A DNA stretch of 64,000 nt from Candidatus Altiarchaeota archaeon (GCA_034659295.1 JAYEGX010000055.1:9726-73725), one strand, 5' to 3'; shown: positions 46,825 to 57,241, counted from the first letter of the stretch. Made by a program: numbers and translations. The notes: generated from the letters alone by a model not told the origin.

Positions 46825-49800
46825 TTATCTCTTACCTCTTAAATCCTCCAACCAGCTTTCAAGCTCCATCCTGCCCACCCCAAGGAATTTATATGAGAAC
46901 ACAGCCACAACCAGAATCGCCAACAAAACAAGAATCTCAGGGGAAAGCAGCGGCGTGTAAATCTCCACAACATTAAACCGCACAACCTTATTCAGGGAGC
47001 GTCCTGTTGGGTCAACATCACCATGGTGTTTAATCTCCAGAGAGAATGTTTTATGGGCATTTAATGTGAACTCAGCGTATCCATACTCTCCAGTAACCAC
47101 AAAATATTCACCGTCTTCCTCGCTTAAACCATTAGGGCTTAGACTGGAGAGGTCAACATCCTTGCTCCACACATCAACCCTCTTACCTGACTCACCCCGG
47201 TTTTTATCAATATTATATAGCCATAACTTAACAGTCACCTCTGAGCCAGGCGATAACACCACACCCTCCGGCTCAACCACATAAAACAAATCAACAGCAT
47301 CCCTGATTTTGAACTCATCAGCATCGCTGAGATTAAGCTCCCTGTGCTCATAGAAGGTATCTATAACTAGTTTACCGTCCTCAAACTCATCCCGGGGTAT
47401 TATGTCATAATCCTCCTCCCCTGAATAGAGGTGCCTGTAGGGCTCATAGTTTGTTCTAAAGTAGAGCGTGTAGTAATGTCCTCCAGGAAACACAGCATCT
47501 GAGACGTTGTGCTTGAAGTCGACAACAATTAATTTATTAAACCCGCCCATGGATTTAGCAGCCTCCAGACCATACCAGCTCATATCCTCAATATTCTTAT
47601 TGTCGAAGATAACAAAATCATACCCCTTGCCCACATTCACGTTGTCCACGATAGATTTGTGGTTAACAGCCTCTATCTTAATGCTTTTCATCTGGGGTCG
47701 GACATCATAGCATACCTTCTCCCAATGAACCTCACACGCCTCTTTTGAGATTGTATAGACTTCATTTCCACCGTCATAGTATTCTACTGTGAGTTCTATC
47801 TCAATGCTCTTTTTGTCGTCTATCCCAAACTCTAGACACAGCTGGTTATCTGGATCAGAGGTAGCACCCTTAGGTATATATTGTATCACACCAGAACCCT
47901 GCGGGAGTTTCAGTGCGTATCCGTTTCGTCCCATAAGCCTTTCATCAACGGTTGGCATGCCGCTAACAGCCTCCCACGGACCCAGCCCGGTATCGAATCC
48001 CATCTCGAAGTCGCCGTTGACTATAACGCTGCCCTCATCCTCATGGAATGTTCTGTTGGATGTGCACGGGTTATCATATCTCTTATCCGGGGCACAGACG
48101 CAGTCATCTTTCTCAATCAAGCGGTCACCGTAGCAGGCCATATACAATGCATCCGATCTGAATTCATCAAAACAGTAGACCCGATTGTGCTCAAACTCGC
48201 ATTCAAGGAGACCTATCTCGTTAAGGTATCTGGTGCAGAGGTTGTCTATGGCCTGCTTGTTGTCCTGGATTGAGCCATCCACACAAATCCTTTCCACGAC
48301 AGGGTCATCAGAGTAATGGGTACATAGGAGTTCCTCGATGTCATCCCTGTATTTTAGGGGGTTCGTGTTAATACACAGTGGCCGCATTATGTCCTCCGGA
48401 TCGCATTCACATACTGGGGGAGGGTCACAAAATGTCTGACACTGCTCCGGGAATTCGTATTTCTCGAACTCATAACCGTAGCGGCTGCCTAAACCATAAG
48501 AGATGCTGCCTCCAGAGCTTGATTTCTTTTTTATTGTTGAATGCGAGATGGGGCTTATAATCTCACGGTAGTCTGCATCAGAGTCTCCTACAAAAAGGGT
48601 CATCCCCCTGAACAAATCCGGCTGTATGGTGAAGTTGATGAACCCGTAGGTGGTTATGAAATCCCCCTCCTTGTATCTTGTAGCGTCCAAGACCAGATGA
48701 TGGTATATGGGCGAATCCTTCCAGCCGCTTGCGCAGCCGTTGTATATCCAGGGCACCTTCTCCCAGTTATACACATGATATTCACTCTCTATCGTGCTTG
48801 TCTCCTGCTCATGATACCAGGACAGGATTTCCTCCCTCCACTGGTGCCAGCACTGATTACAGATAGCACAGTAAGGACAGCAGCAGGTGCAGGGACATAT
48901 AAGCATAATCTTCTCGCTAACTCCGCCGCACCAATCACAACAATACCCAACATTCTTATCAGCTAGAAGGAACTGGTAGTAGGGAGTAATTGCATGACAG
49001 TCACCACAGGGGCAGTCGCATTCCGGGCAGGTTTGGCACTCGTATCTGTCGCAGGCTGTATAAAACCGGTCCTCCCTGATGCCTGTTAGATAATCCTGTT
49101 TAGCTGTGAACTTTAGCTTCATGTATGAACTATTCACTACCTCGGATCTAAAAACATCAGAGTCCATGGTAAGCCTGGACCACCTCCCCAACTTGGACTT
49201 ATAGTATCTAACCGCCGTAATGTCCGAGCAACCGTCCGGGTCTTTACACTCGTAGGGCTCTGAAGCTATCCAGTAGGCGCAAGTCAGTTGGAAGGGTATG
49301 TTGGCTGTGTCGATTATCCTAAATGTACCGCCTTTAGACATCCAGATGTTTTCGCTTATGTTATAGATCTCCATCCGCTGCGGTTCCCCAAAAGGCAGCA
49401 TGCTACCAGAAGATAACCCAACCTTGAATTTTGTGCTGGCTTTAGCCCCACCCTCCAGTATATACTTGGTGAGACATAACGGCCCAGGAGCCTCCTGCTT
49501 CTGCTCTATGATGGTGTAGGGGTGGGCTTCATATTGCTGCGAACCCCCAATACAACTTGAACAATCCGTGCAAACAGACAACAGCTTCCACTTACAGTAT
49601 ATGTTATCCGAGCCCCAGATGCGCTCGTACCATGGAACCTCAAACTTCTCGAAGCCTGCCTGCCCATAGCCCACATCATTGCACTCCTCCGGGGGGCAGT
49701 CCCTCATAAGCTGGTATTGTGTGATAACCTCACATGGTATAGGATTCATCTGGTCAGGACCACCCCAGCAGTCGCCGTGTGGAGGTACTAACTGATTAGG

Positions 49801-51474
49801 CAGGCATTCAGGCGCCTCTTCTTCATCAGACTTGCATTCATCGTCCACGCCACGATAAAGCTTGCAGGGGCCTGTCTGCAGGGTACCGGGAGGATCATCC
49901 TCTGAATCGAAACCAGAGCATAAATCAAAGGGTGGAGCCTCACCATCACAATGCTCGTATTGTGTGGCATCATCGTCCATGGGATCAAAGGGATCGCATT
50001 CCTCTAACAGCTCACATGGGGTCCCATGCCGGCAGCTCCAGTCACATGCATCCGTCCTGTCCTGCCCGGAACCCACATACCTATCTGTATCAACCCCCTC
50101 CGCATAACCCCACGCGCCGCATTTAACTGGACCAGTCACCGCTATCAGGGGAGAGAGCATGAAAAACCTGACCCAGAGACCATGCCACGCCTTCGTTATA
50201 TCCTCCAGAGGAGGTCCCATAATGGTTCCAAGTATCACCTCCCCATCAGGCCCCTTAAACGTAACAGCGCTCTTGTTCGGCATCTCGTTGATGTACACAA
50301 AGACATCATTCCAGTTTTTCTGGTCCCGGATGTATAACTCATCGACTGAAAGCAGGTTAGCATTCTCTGTGAAAGAATACATCATATACGGCAGCTCATA
50401 GCAGTAGCTGTCATCCCTTAAGCCTGTTTTATAGCAGTAGAGTCTCTCGGACTCATCCATACCCCCAAGAGACCGGATGTAGTGCTTAGCCCAGGCCTCA
50501 AAAAATGTGACATAAACCTCATCCGCCCCAAGGAAGGTGTGTATGTTGTAGAAGGTTGCTGGTTCATCAGGCAGAGAATCATCACCTGATAAATCCGCTA
50601 AAGAAGCCGCTCCATCCATACTATGGTAGTGCTCGACAAGCGCCTTATACAATAAATCATTAACCAAAGTCCACGTATGGTTTGAGGCACCCCCATACGC
50701 CTCCAATATAAAACAACGTTTTTCAGCGTCCATAATCCAGTACTTCACCTGGTTCTCTCCGGTGAAATCCTCATAAGGCTGGAATTCACAGACCAGGGAT
50801 TCCTCATTCCACACGCATTTCTTGGTTTTAGAGCAAGCGTATTCTGTAGCGTATTCACTGCACCTGTAGGATGGCTTAGAGGCTGCGACCAAAAACCGGG
50901 AGGGGTTTATCACAAGCTCCATCTCCTGATCTTCACTTTCACCCCGCCCCAGATCACCTGTCCTGGTGCATCTGGCGATGGGGGTGGAGGAGTAGCCGAA
51001 TGCGTAGGAATCCTCCCGCTCGTATTGTCTCAGAATCCTGTCCTGGCTGGAAATGAAGGCATAGTCTTTTTCATCAACACTGCTGCCTTCATCCAACACC
51101 TCACATTCATCTAAATCCAACAACAGGGTCTTAAAGCAGTAATATCTGTTTCCGCCTTCTGTTTTCACATACACTTCAGGTTTTATGGTAATATTCGCCT
51201 CAGGGGTTCCATCGTTTGTTACATTAATGCTTCCGTTGTGATACAGGTATGCGTCCGCTATACCAGCGAATCCCAGGTTCTCATAATCCGGTGGTTCACC
51301 ATCTGATAGAGGCAGGTAGGGCACCTGATGACAGTTTGTATCCCCCCAATCACAGTCCTCAGCCTCGCTATAGGGCCCATAGCTTATGCCGCAGAGATCC
51401 TCCTCCTGGGCGGTTACAACGCTGAAAGAAAACAGGAACAATAAAGCTGCAGCATACAGGGGGAAGGATTTCAT
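46825..51474 (-). CDS. Giant Cys-rich, acidic cell-surface protein (1549 aa) with a CBM-like domain and C-terminal TM anchor; first gene of the membrane-protein operon
   Basis: Signal peptide; dense Cys clusters (CPCTCCCPYCAICNQC); IVNGDFE jelly-roll start; C-terminal TM ILVLLAILVVAVFSY; stop abuts the next start. Confidence 0.75.
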   Translation of the reverse strand: MKSFPLYAAALLFLFSFSVVTAQEEDLCGISYGPYSEAEDCDWGDTNCHQVPYLPLSDGEPPDYENLGFAGIADAYLYHNGSINVTNDGTPEANITIKPEVYVKTEGGNRYYCFKTLLLDLDECEVLDEGSSVDEKDYAFISSQDRILRQYEREDSYAFGYSSTPIARCTRTGDLGRGESEDQEMELVINPSRFLVAASKPSYRCSEYATEYACSKTKKCVWNEESLVCEFQPYEDFTGENQVKYWIMDAEKRCFILEAYGGASNHTWTLVNDLLYKALVEHYHSMDGAASLADLSGDDSLPDEPATFYNIHTFLGADEVYVTFFEAWAKHYIRSLGGMDESERLYCYKTGLRDDSYCYELPYMMYSFTENANLLSVDELYIRDQKNWNDVFVYINEMPNKSAVTFKGPDGEVILGTIMGPPLEDITKAWHGLWVRFFMLSPLIAVTGPVKCGAWGYAEGVDTDRYVGSGQDRTDACDWSCRHGTPCELLEECDPFDPMDDDATQYEHCDGEAPPFDLCSGFDSEDDPPGTLQTGPCKLYRGVDDECKSDEEEAPECLPNQLVPPHGDCWGGPDQMNPIPCEVITQYQLMRDCPPEECNDVGYGQAGFEKFEVPWYERIWGSDNIYCKWKLLSVCTDCSSCIGGSQQYEAHPYTIIEQKQEAPGPLCLTKYILEGGAKASTKFKVGLSSGSMLPFGEPQRMEIYNISENIWMSKGGTFRIIDTANIPFQLTCAYWIASEPYECKDPDGCSDITAVRYYKSKLGRWSRLTMDSDVFRSEVVNSSYMKLKFTAKQDYLTGIREDRFYTACDRYECQTCPECDCPCGDCHAITPYYQFLLADKNVGYCCDWCGGVSEKIMLICPCTCCCPYCAICNQCWHQWREEILSWYHEQETSTIESEYHVYNWEKVPWIYNGCASGWKDSPIYHHLVLDATRYKEGDFITTYGFINFTIQPDLFRGMTLFVGDSDADYREIISPISHSTIKKKSSSGGSISYGLGSRYGYEFEKYEFPEQCQTFCDPPPVCECDPEDIMRPLCINTNPLKYRDDIEELLCTHYSDDPVVERICVDGSIQDNKQAIDNLCTRYLNEIGLLECEFEHNRVYCFDEFRSDALYMACYGDRLIEKDDCVCAPDKRYDNPCTSNRTFHEDEGSVIVNGDFEMGFDTGLGPWEAVSGMPTVDERLMGRNGYALKLPQGSGVIQYIPKGATSDPDNQLCLEFGIDDKKSIEIELTVEYYDGGNEVYTISKEACEVHWEKVCYDVRPQMKSIKIEAVNHKSIVDNVNVGKGYDFVIFDNKNIEDMSWYGLEAAKSMGGFNKLIVVDFKHNVSDAVFPGGHYYTLYFRTNYEPYRHLYSGEEDYDIIPRDEFEDGKLVIDTFYEHRELNLSDADEFKIRDAVDLFYVVEPEGVVLSPGSEVTVKLWLYNIDKNRGESGKRVDVWSKDVDLSSLSPNGLSEEDGEYFVVTGEYGYAEFTLNAHKTFSLEIKHHGDVDPTGRSLNKVVRFNVVEIYTPLLSPEILVLLAILVVAVFSYKFLGVGRMELESWLEDLRGKR

Positions 51475-51649
51475 TTTCGTTTGTTATATTATTACCCAAA
51501 CAGTAATATATCCCATAGTCTGGTTAATTGATGGTTTTGAATAACCCCTTGTTTTTATGGTTAAGTATTTGCTTTATCAAATATTTAAGCGATAGGTGGG
51601 TGATTGATTCTGTCTTTTTAGGATCATGTTTTTACGGGAGACTGTAGGA

Positions 51650-51925
51650 GCGTGTTCAAGGGCTTAGGTGATCATAAGATAGGGGAACACAGGAAAACTG
51701 GTGGAATACACCCGGAAGAAACAAAAAAAAAGGGGGAGTTAAGCAAACCACTCTATTCTCTTTCTCAAGTTGTTGGATACGAACTTCAAATTGCTTAATA
51801 CGCTTTTCCAGTTGTTCGACGTATGCGTCTTTGTCGAGCATAAAGGCATATAATGCAAGCTCCTATTTCTGTTTATTGGTTTTAGCCTCCCAAAACAGAT
51901 AACTACATGAAGCTAAACACGTGCG
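51650..51925 (-). mobile_element. Possible decayed IS remnant (transposase-like N-terminal coiled coil)
   Basis: MLDKDAYVEQLEKRIKQFEVRIQQLEKEN breaks off into non-coding-looking sequence; weak imperfect terminal IR (GAGCGTGTTCAAG / GCTAAACACGTGC); no target-site duplication. Confidence 0.25.
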
Positions 51926-52140
51926 ATTTAACCTTTTATGAGCAGACTAGCATTTCACGTGAGTGGCTGTAAGGGCAACATCAGTTGAGGGTATGATCCT
52001 GGAGGTGAGAAGGAAGTTTATGTTCTACAGCATGTTCTTGGGCTTGTGAATGGAGCTAAGAGGGACGTAAAGATATTAAGCTGGAGAACTTAATAGTTAT
52101 TGTTGAACTGGATTATTCAACACAGCATAGCGTGTAGAGA

Positions 52141-55100
52141 ATGAGAAGGATTGCCTTACTGTCTATGATGGGAGTGATAGGGATTCTGCTGATGTTATTG
52201 GTTGCGGCAGCATCAGCAACAGTAGTTGTCTTAGATCCAGGTCACGGAGGCAAAGACCCTGGTGCTGTAGGTCCAACAGGATTACAAGAGAAAGATGTTG
52301 CTCTCCAAGTTGCGTTAAAGACTAAATCACTACTAGAAGCATCTGGGATAACTGTTATTTTGACCCGATCTACGGATACATATGTTAGTTTAAGTGAGAG
52401 GGTGAATATAGCTAATAATGCCAATGCGGATTTATTTGTATCTATTCATTGCAATGCTTTTACGGATCCATCAGCACATGGGACCGAGACATGGTATAGC
52501 TCAAGTGCTCCAGACCCGGATAAAGCAAAAAAACTTGCAGAATTCGTGCAATCTGAACTCTTATCTCAGCTAGGATTACGTGATCGAGGAGTCAAAAAGA
52601 ATGGATTTTATGTTATAAAGTATACAGATATGCCCTCTTGCCTAGCAGAATTGGCATTCATTTCGAATCCCAACGAAGAGGTACTTTTAGCAGATCCAAG
52701 CTTCCAGCAGAAAGCAGCACGAGGGATATATGAGGGAATTATGGATTATTTAGGGATATTTCCGCCTTGTTCTCTAGACTCCGTCTCAATACAACCAGAT
52801 TGCTCTGGAGGCTCCTCCCCCAAATGTGAAAAGGGTGAGCGAATCAAGATAGATGTAACATATAGCGGAGATTGCCCATCCACCGCGTATATACAGATTG
52901 GCGCCAAAAGCGGAGACGGTAAATGCGTCATAGAGCATACTGGCGGAAACATGGTGGGAATGGATATATCCTGCACTTCTTCTCCATGTACAGGCTACTG
53001 GACGATTCCAGAGATACCACCAAACTGCCTATGCAAGAATATGAATGCAGCAGGAGCTGGGATATATAAAGACAGCATCTCTCCAGAAAATTATCTCGAC
53101 GGCATAACAGCCACAGGGTCGTTTGAATTCTGGTGCCCTAAAGCCCCCGTCGCAGACGCAAGAGTCGGTAGAACAGCAGACGAAAAACTAAAAGAAATCA
53201 CTGTCAAAGTCGGCGACACTGTCTACTTCGACGGAGAAACATATTCCGTTGGGAAAATAACGGAATACAGCTGGGACTTTACCGGGGATGGAATATACGA
53301 CTGGAGCTCAACAACAACCGGAAAAACCACCCACCAATACAATGAAAAGGGGTCCTACATCGCCGAACTAAAAATCACCAACGACAAAGGCGAAACAGAC
53401 ACAGACATTGTTATCATCCACGTAGTAGAAGAAGAGGAAGAACCTACCTTCCTCTCAGATATCTGCCCCGCTCCGCCGAACGATTACTTGATGAGGATGA
53501 TATGTCTGGTTGTGCCCATCCTTTGTGTGATAATGAACATCCTGGTGCCAGTAATGTTTGTCCTAGTTGCCTTAGGGGGTTTGATGCAGCTGAGCACCGA
53601 CGGGGGGATAAAAAACAAGGGTAAACAGGTGATATTCAACACCATCCTTGGGGTGGTTATTATCTCAGCATTCATAGGTTTATCGGATTTATTGATAGAG
53701 GAAGTCAACATCATGGAGGTGTGTTTACTCGGGGAGATTCCGCCGCCTGCTTTAAGAGCGTATATTGATGCTGACCCGACCTCCGGACCCCCACCACTTG
53801 AGGTTTCCTTAACCGGGAGCGCATCCGGGGGAACCGCACCCTACACCTACAGCTGGGACTGTGGTGGAGGAACCCCAGAGGTGACAGGCTCAAACACCGC
53901 AACATGCACATACACAAGCGAAGGAACATACACTGTAACATTAACCGTAACAGACGCGGAAGATGGAACAGCCACAGCCACCCAGACAATAACCGTTAAA
54001 GTAGCTGAGTTAAAAGCGTATATTGATGCTGAACCGACCTCCGGACCCCCACCACTTGAGGTTTCCTTAACCGGGAGCGCATCCGGGGGAACCGCACCCT
54101 ACACCTACAGCTGGGACTGTGGAGGAGGAACCCTAGCAGTCACAGGCTCAAACACCGCAACATGCACATACACAAGCGAAGGAACATACACTGTAACATT
54201 AACCGTAACAGACGCGGAAGATGGAACAGCAACAGCCACCCAGACAATAACCGTTGGAGTAGTAGTTGAGTGCGAGGATCCGTCATGTGATGAGATCTAC
54301 GGTTACATAGACGGCGCCATCGCAGGCTTAGGGGTGGACGACAGTTTGGTGAGGGCTGTGATAAAAAAAGAAAGTGATTATCACCAGTGTTGCTTTGGCC
54401 CCTACATTGGGGTTACATGTGAGGAAGGTGAGGTCCTTAAATCACATGCTGGGGCTTTGGGTTTGATGCAGCTGATGCCGGGGACAGCCAGCGAGTTAGG
54501 CGTTGATCCTGAGGACCCGCAGCAGAATGTTGAGGGAGGCGTTAGGTACCTGAACACGCAGCTAAATGAATTTGGCAGTGTGGAGCTGGCTCTCGCCGCC
54601 TATAACATGGGGCCCGGGTATGTGGCGTGTTCGCTGGGTTATGATTGGCCTGTCTGTGCACAATATCCAGGATATGATCTATGTGGTGCCGGAGTATGTA
54701 AGGCTCCAGCTGAACGGAATTGGGCTTGTCTTAGTACATGCTCTATCCCTGCTGAAACATTAGGATACGTTAATGGCATAATGGGGATTATAGGAACATC
54801 TGCAGCGGATTGCAGTGATCTGCCTACGCCTACAGCATCCTTCACCGCAAACCCTCTAACAGGACCTGCACCCCTCACAGTCGACGTGGATGCTTCCGCT
54901 TCAACAGGAGCAACAACCTACACTTGGGGCTGGGAGGACGGAACCCCGGGTGGTTCAGGAGTAACTGCATCACACGAATACACAACCGACGGAACCTACA
55001 CCATAACCCTGACCGTATCAGACGGCACATACACAGACACAGACACTGAAACAATAATTGTCGGTTCGTTATCAGTGTCCATTGAATCACCACCTGATGG

Positions 55101-56031
55101 AGCATCATTTGCTGAAGGCGATACAATTGAGTTTCGTGGTACGGTAGGGGGCGGAACTCCTCCCTATACCCTCGAATGGGGTTCCAGTATAGATGGAGTC
55201 ATAGGTACTGAATCTGGTTTCTACTATGATGAATTATCTCAGGGAACGCATACCATTACTTTAACTGTAACAGACAGTAGCAGTCCTCAGAAAACAGGAG
55301 GTGCTACAGTGGATATAACAATAACTGAGCCGGAGTGTAGAGCAGTAATAGAAAATGGAGACCATGATGCTAAAATCGATGTCGTCTTCATTAGAGCATT
55401 TGACGCACAACCGGATGCGTTACCGCCTAATTTCGAAAATATGATAGACTCGGCAAAAATTGATTTTATTCACACAGTCCCTATCAGAGATAATACAGAT
55501 AAATTCAACTACTATTACTACACAAAAAAGGGCAGCGTGTATGCGGGTTCTAATGGTCTTTGCGCTGGGAGTTCTCCTCCCGGCTATATTACATACTGCA
55601 GTTTCGCAGACACAACCGCATACCTGCACAAAGAAACATGTAGGGACTGTTCGCATACGTCTGCAACTCTTGATCCCCCCATGCCGGGAAGCAGCTTCAC
55701 TGTCACAGATAATTTTCATAAGCATAAAACCTTCACTCATGAGGCGGGACATGCAATATTCAATTTAAGAGATGAATACTATGACCTGCTTCCAATCCAC
55801 CGGGAGCTTTCTTCAAACCCTAATATATGGTCAAGCCAGGCCAACTGTGAGGCAGATAGAACCTCTGAAGGCTGGACGGAAGCATGTGAGCAGATATGCG
55901 ATGCTAGTGGAACAAATTGTGTGGATTATTGGAGGCTGGATTATGATTGCATTATGAGAGTGCATATGAACGTGAATTTCTGTCCGGCATGCAGTAGGAG
56001 GATTAGTTGGGTATTTACTCTCTTTAATTAG
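52141..56031 (+). CDS. Membrane-anchored multi-enzyme murein hydrolase: Amidase_3 + PKD + VirB2/TrbC-pilin-like hairpin + 2 PKD + GH23 lytic transglycosylase + PKD/Ig + M64-like zincin
   Basis: [24 protein letters not shown] (amidase Zn ligands and catalytic Glu); [25 protein letters not shown] (SLT motifs); [14 protein letters not shown]...CIM...FCPAC (M64-like); central [20 protein letters not shown]. Confidence 0.88.
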   Translation: MRRIALLSMMGVIGILLMLLVAAASATVVVLDPGHGGKDPGAVGPTGLQEKDVALQVALKTKSLLEASGITVILTRSTDTYVSLSERVNIANNANADLFVSIHCNAFTDPSAHGTETWYSSSAPDPDKAKKLAEFVQSELLSQLGLRDRGVKKNGFYVIKYTDMPSCLAELAFISNPNEEVLLADPSFQQKAARGIYEGIMDYLGIFPPCSLDSVSIQPDCSGGSSPKCEKGERIKIDVTYSGDCPSTAYIQIGAKSGDGKCVIEHTGGNMVGMDISCTSSPCTGYWTIPEIPPNCLCKNMNAAGAGIYKDSISPENYLDGITATGSFEFWCPKAPVADARVGRTADEKLKEITVKVGDTVYFDGETYSVGKITEYSWDFTGDGIYDWSSTTTGKTTHQYNEKGSYIAELKITNDKGETDTDIVIIHVVEEEEEPTFLSDICPAPPNDYLMRMICLVVPILCVIMNILVPVMFVLVALGGLMQLSTDGGIKNKGKQVIFNTILGVVIISAFIGLSDLLIEEVNIMEVCLLGEIPPPALRAYIDADPTSGPPPLEVSLTGSASGGTAPYTYSWDCGGGTPEVTGSNTATCTYTSEGTYTVTLTVTDAEDGTATATQTITVKVAELKAYIDAEPTSGPPPLEVSLTGSASGGTAPYTYSWDCGGGTLAVTGSNTATCTYTSEGTYTVTLTVTDAEDGTATATQTITVGVVVECEDPSCDEIYGYIDGAIAGLGVDDSLVRAVIKKESDYHQCCFGPYIGVTCEEGEVLKSHAGALGLMQLMPGTASELGVDPEDPQQNVEGGVRYLNTQLNEFGSVELALAAYNMGPGYVACSLGYDWPVCAQYPGYDLCGAGVCKAPAERNWACLSTCSIPAETLGYVNGIMGIIGTSAADCSDLPTPTASFTANPLTGPAPLTVDVDASASTGATTYTWGWEDGTPGGSGVTASHEYTTDGTYTITLTVSDGTYTDTDTETIIVGSLSVSIESPPDGASFAEGDTIEFRGTVGGGTPPYTLEWGSSIDGVIGTESGFYYDELSQGTHTITLTVTDSSSPQKTGGATVDITITEPECRAVIENGDHDAKIDVVFIRAFDAQPDALPPNFENMIDSAKIDFIHTVPIRDNTDKFNYYYYTKKGSVYAGSNGLCAGSSPPGYITYCSFADTTAYLHKETCRDCSHTSATLDPPMPGSSFTVTDNFHKHKTFTHEAGHAIFNLRDEYYDLLPIHRELSSNPNIWSSQANCEADRTSEGWTEACEQICDASGTNCVDYWRLDYDCIMRVHMNVNFCPACSRRISWVFTLFN
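53758..54255 (+). repeat. Near-identical tandem duplication of a PKD-coding module (240-bp copies, 258-bp period)
   Basis: 53758-53997 vs 54016-54255 differ at only a handful of positions; AYIDA(D/E)[15 protein letters not shown]...[10 protein letters not shown]. Confidence 0.9.
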
Positions 56032-56039
56032 GGGTGTGT

Positions 56040-56810
56040 ATGATGGGAAAAAAAGAGGTGACATTGGCGGGGTTGATGATTCTATTTATTCTCAGTTCAA
56101 CCCCTGCAGTAGAGGAAGAAATGGATTTAACCAAGATTGTGGTGATAGGGCTTGAATTCAGAGGAGGCAGCCTCCATCAGAGGTCTGTGGATATAGCATA
56201 CAATTATCCGCCAGACTATAAGATTCCGCCGACAGAGGGGTTAACTGTTGAAATCCGCTCAAGAGACAACAGATTATTGAAGAATTTCATCCGCCCAGAC
56301 CCCAGGTGGGTTATTATATCACATGCAGGTCTCAGGTACCGGGAAAACGCTAGCTTTGACCTGATCCTGCCCTTCGTTAAGGGAATGGATTTAATCGAAA
56401 TATTTGATCGAAACAAAAGCAGATTAATCTCGGTAAATCTGGCTGAAGAGGTAAGGTCATTCTGTGCTGAGAGAAACGGCGTCTGCGACCCAGACTGTCC
56501 TAAAGGGGTTGACCCAGACTGTCCGACAATAGCATCCTCGACCTCAACAACAGAATCCATGGGGGGAGGGGATGATAGCCTGGCATATATTTTTGGGTTT
56601 GTGGTTGTTTTCGTCGCCGGATTCCTCATCTACAGGCGATACAGTGGAATAAGAAAGATGGAGGATACCCGGGAGAAAAGAGAGGAGATGATTGAGTGGA
56701 TAGAGAAACAGTTGAGGGAGGGTGAAGACCCTGAGAAACTCAAGACCATCGTCAGGTCACAGGGATTCGAGGAGGAACTGATTGACTACGTCGAGAAGAA
56801 GCTGATGTAG
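56040..56810 (+). CDS. Secreted protein with CxxxxGxCDPDC...DPDC motif and C-terminal TM; co-oriented with the murein hydrolase
   Basis: Signal peptide, CAERNGVCDPDCPKGVDPDC, S/T linker, TM LAYIFGFVVVFVAGFLIY. Confidence 0.7.
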   Translation: MMGKKEVTLAGLMILFILSSTPAVEEEMDLTKIVVIGLEFRGGSLHQRSVDIAYNYPPDYKIPPTEGLTVEIRSRDNRLLKNFIRPDPRWVIISHAGLRYRENASFDLILPFVKGMDLIEIFDRNKSRLISVNLAEEVRSFCAERNGVCDPDCPKGVDPDCPTIASSTSTTESMGGGDDSLAYIFGFVVVFVAGFLIYRRYSGIRKMEDTREKREEMIEWIEKQLREGEDPEKLKTIVRSQGFEEELIDYVEKKLM

Positions 56811-56958
56811 CTGCAGAAGGTAACAGTTAAACGCAATCAATCATACATTAGTTTCCAAACGGAAACGAAAACTTTAGATATTAGTTTCCAATAAGATTCC
56901 AGCCCCTGTGGAAGTGGCTGCTGGAATAGCCAGGTCACAGAGATTCGAGGAGGAGCTG
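56753..56958. repeat. 28-bp direct repeat duplicating the 3' region of the upstream gene, bracketing short repeats and palindromes
   Basis: CAGGTCACAG(G/A)GATTCGAGGAGGA(A/G)CTG at 56753-56780 and 56931-56958; ATTAGTTTCCAA x2; GTTTCC-AAAC-GGAAAC; ATTCCAGC..GCTGGAAT. Confidence 0.65.
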
Positions 56959-56968
56959 GTGATGATAA

Positions 56969-57232
56969 CTAAAAAAAATATTTTTTTGTCATAGAAACAA
57001 CCCAACTCCAGTGGAGGAATATATGTGCTGCAACAAGAACAACAAGAATCAACCCGGACAGGTCATGCACCAAAATCCACGCCTCCTTACTCACCCCGAA
57101 AAACTCCTGAAACCTTCCCTGCCTGACACCATAAGGTAAAAAAAAGAAAAGAATAAAGCCCGAAGCAGCCGTGATGATGAAGGAGAAGGCCATCAAAGCA
57201 TCCGTAACATAATTCAGTCTAGCTTTATCCAT
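56969..57232 (-). CDS. DUF4405 (cytochrome-b-like) small membrane protein
   Basis: SGFIL, W..VHD.SG.....HI.LHW. Confidence 0.8.
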   Translation of the reverse strand: MDKARLNYVTDALMAFSFIITAASGFILFFFLPYGVRQGRFQEFFGVSKEAWILVHDLSGLILVVLVAAHIFLHWSWVVSMTKKYFF

Positions 57233-57241
57233 GATAAACAA

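Noticed and set aside
36445..56810. Conjugative element or provirus
   Set aside because: No integrase, relaxase, VirB4/VirD4, capsid or terminase in the window; the hydrolases are signal-peptide and TM anchored, unlike phage endolysins
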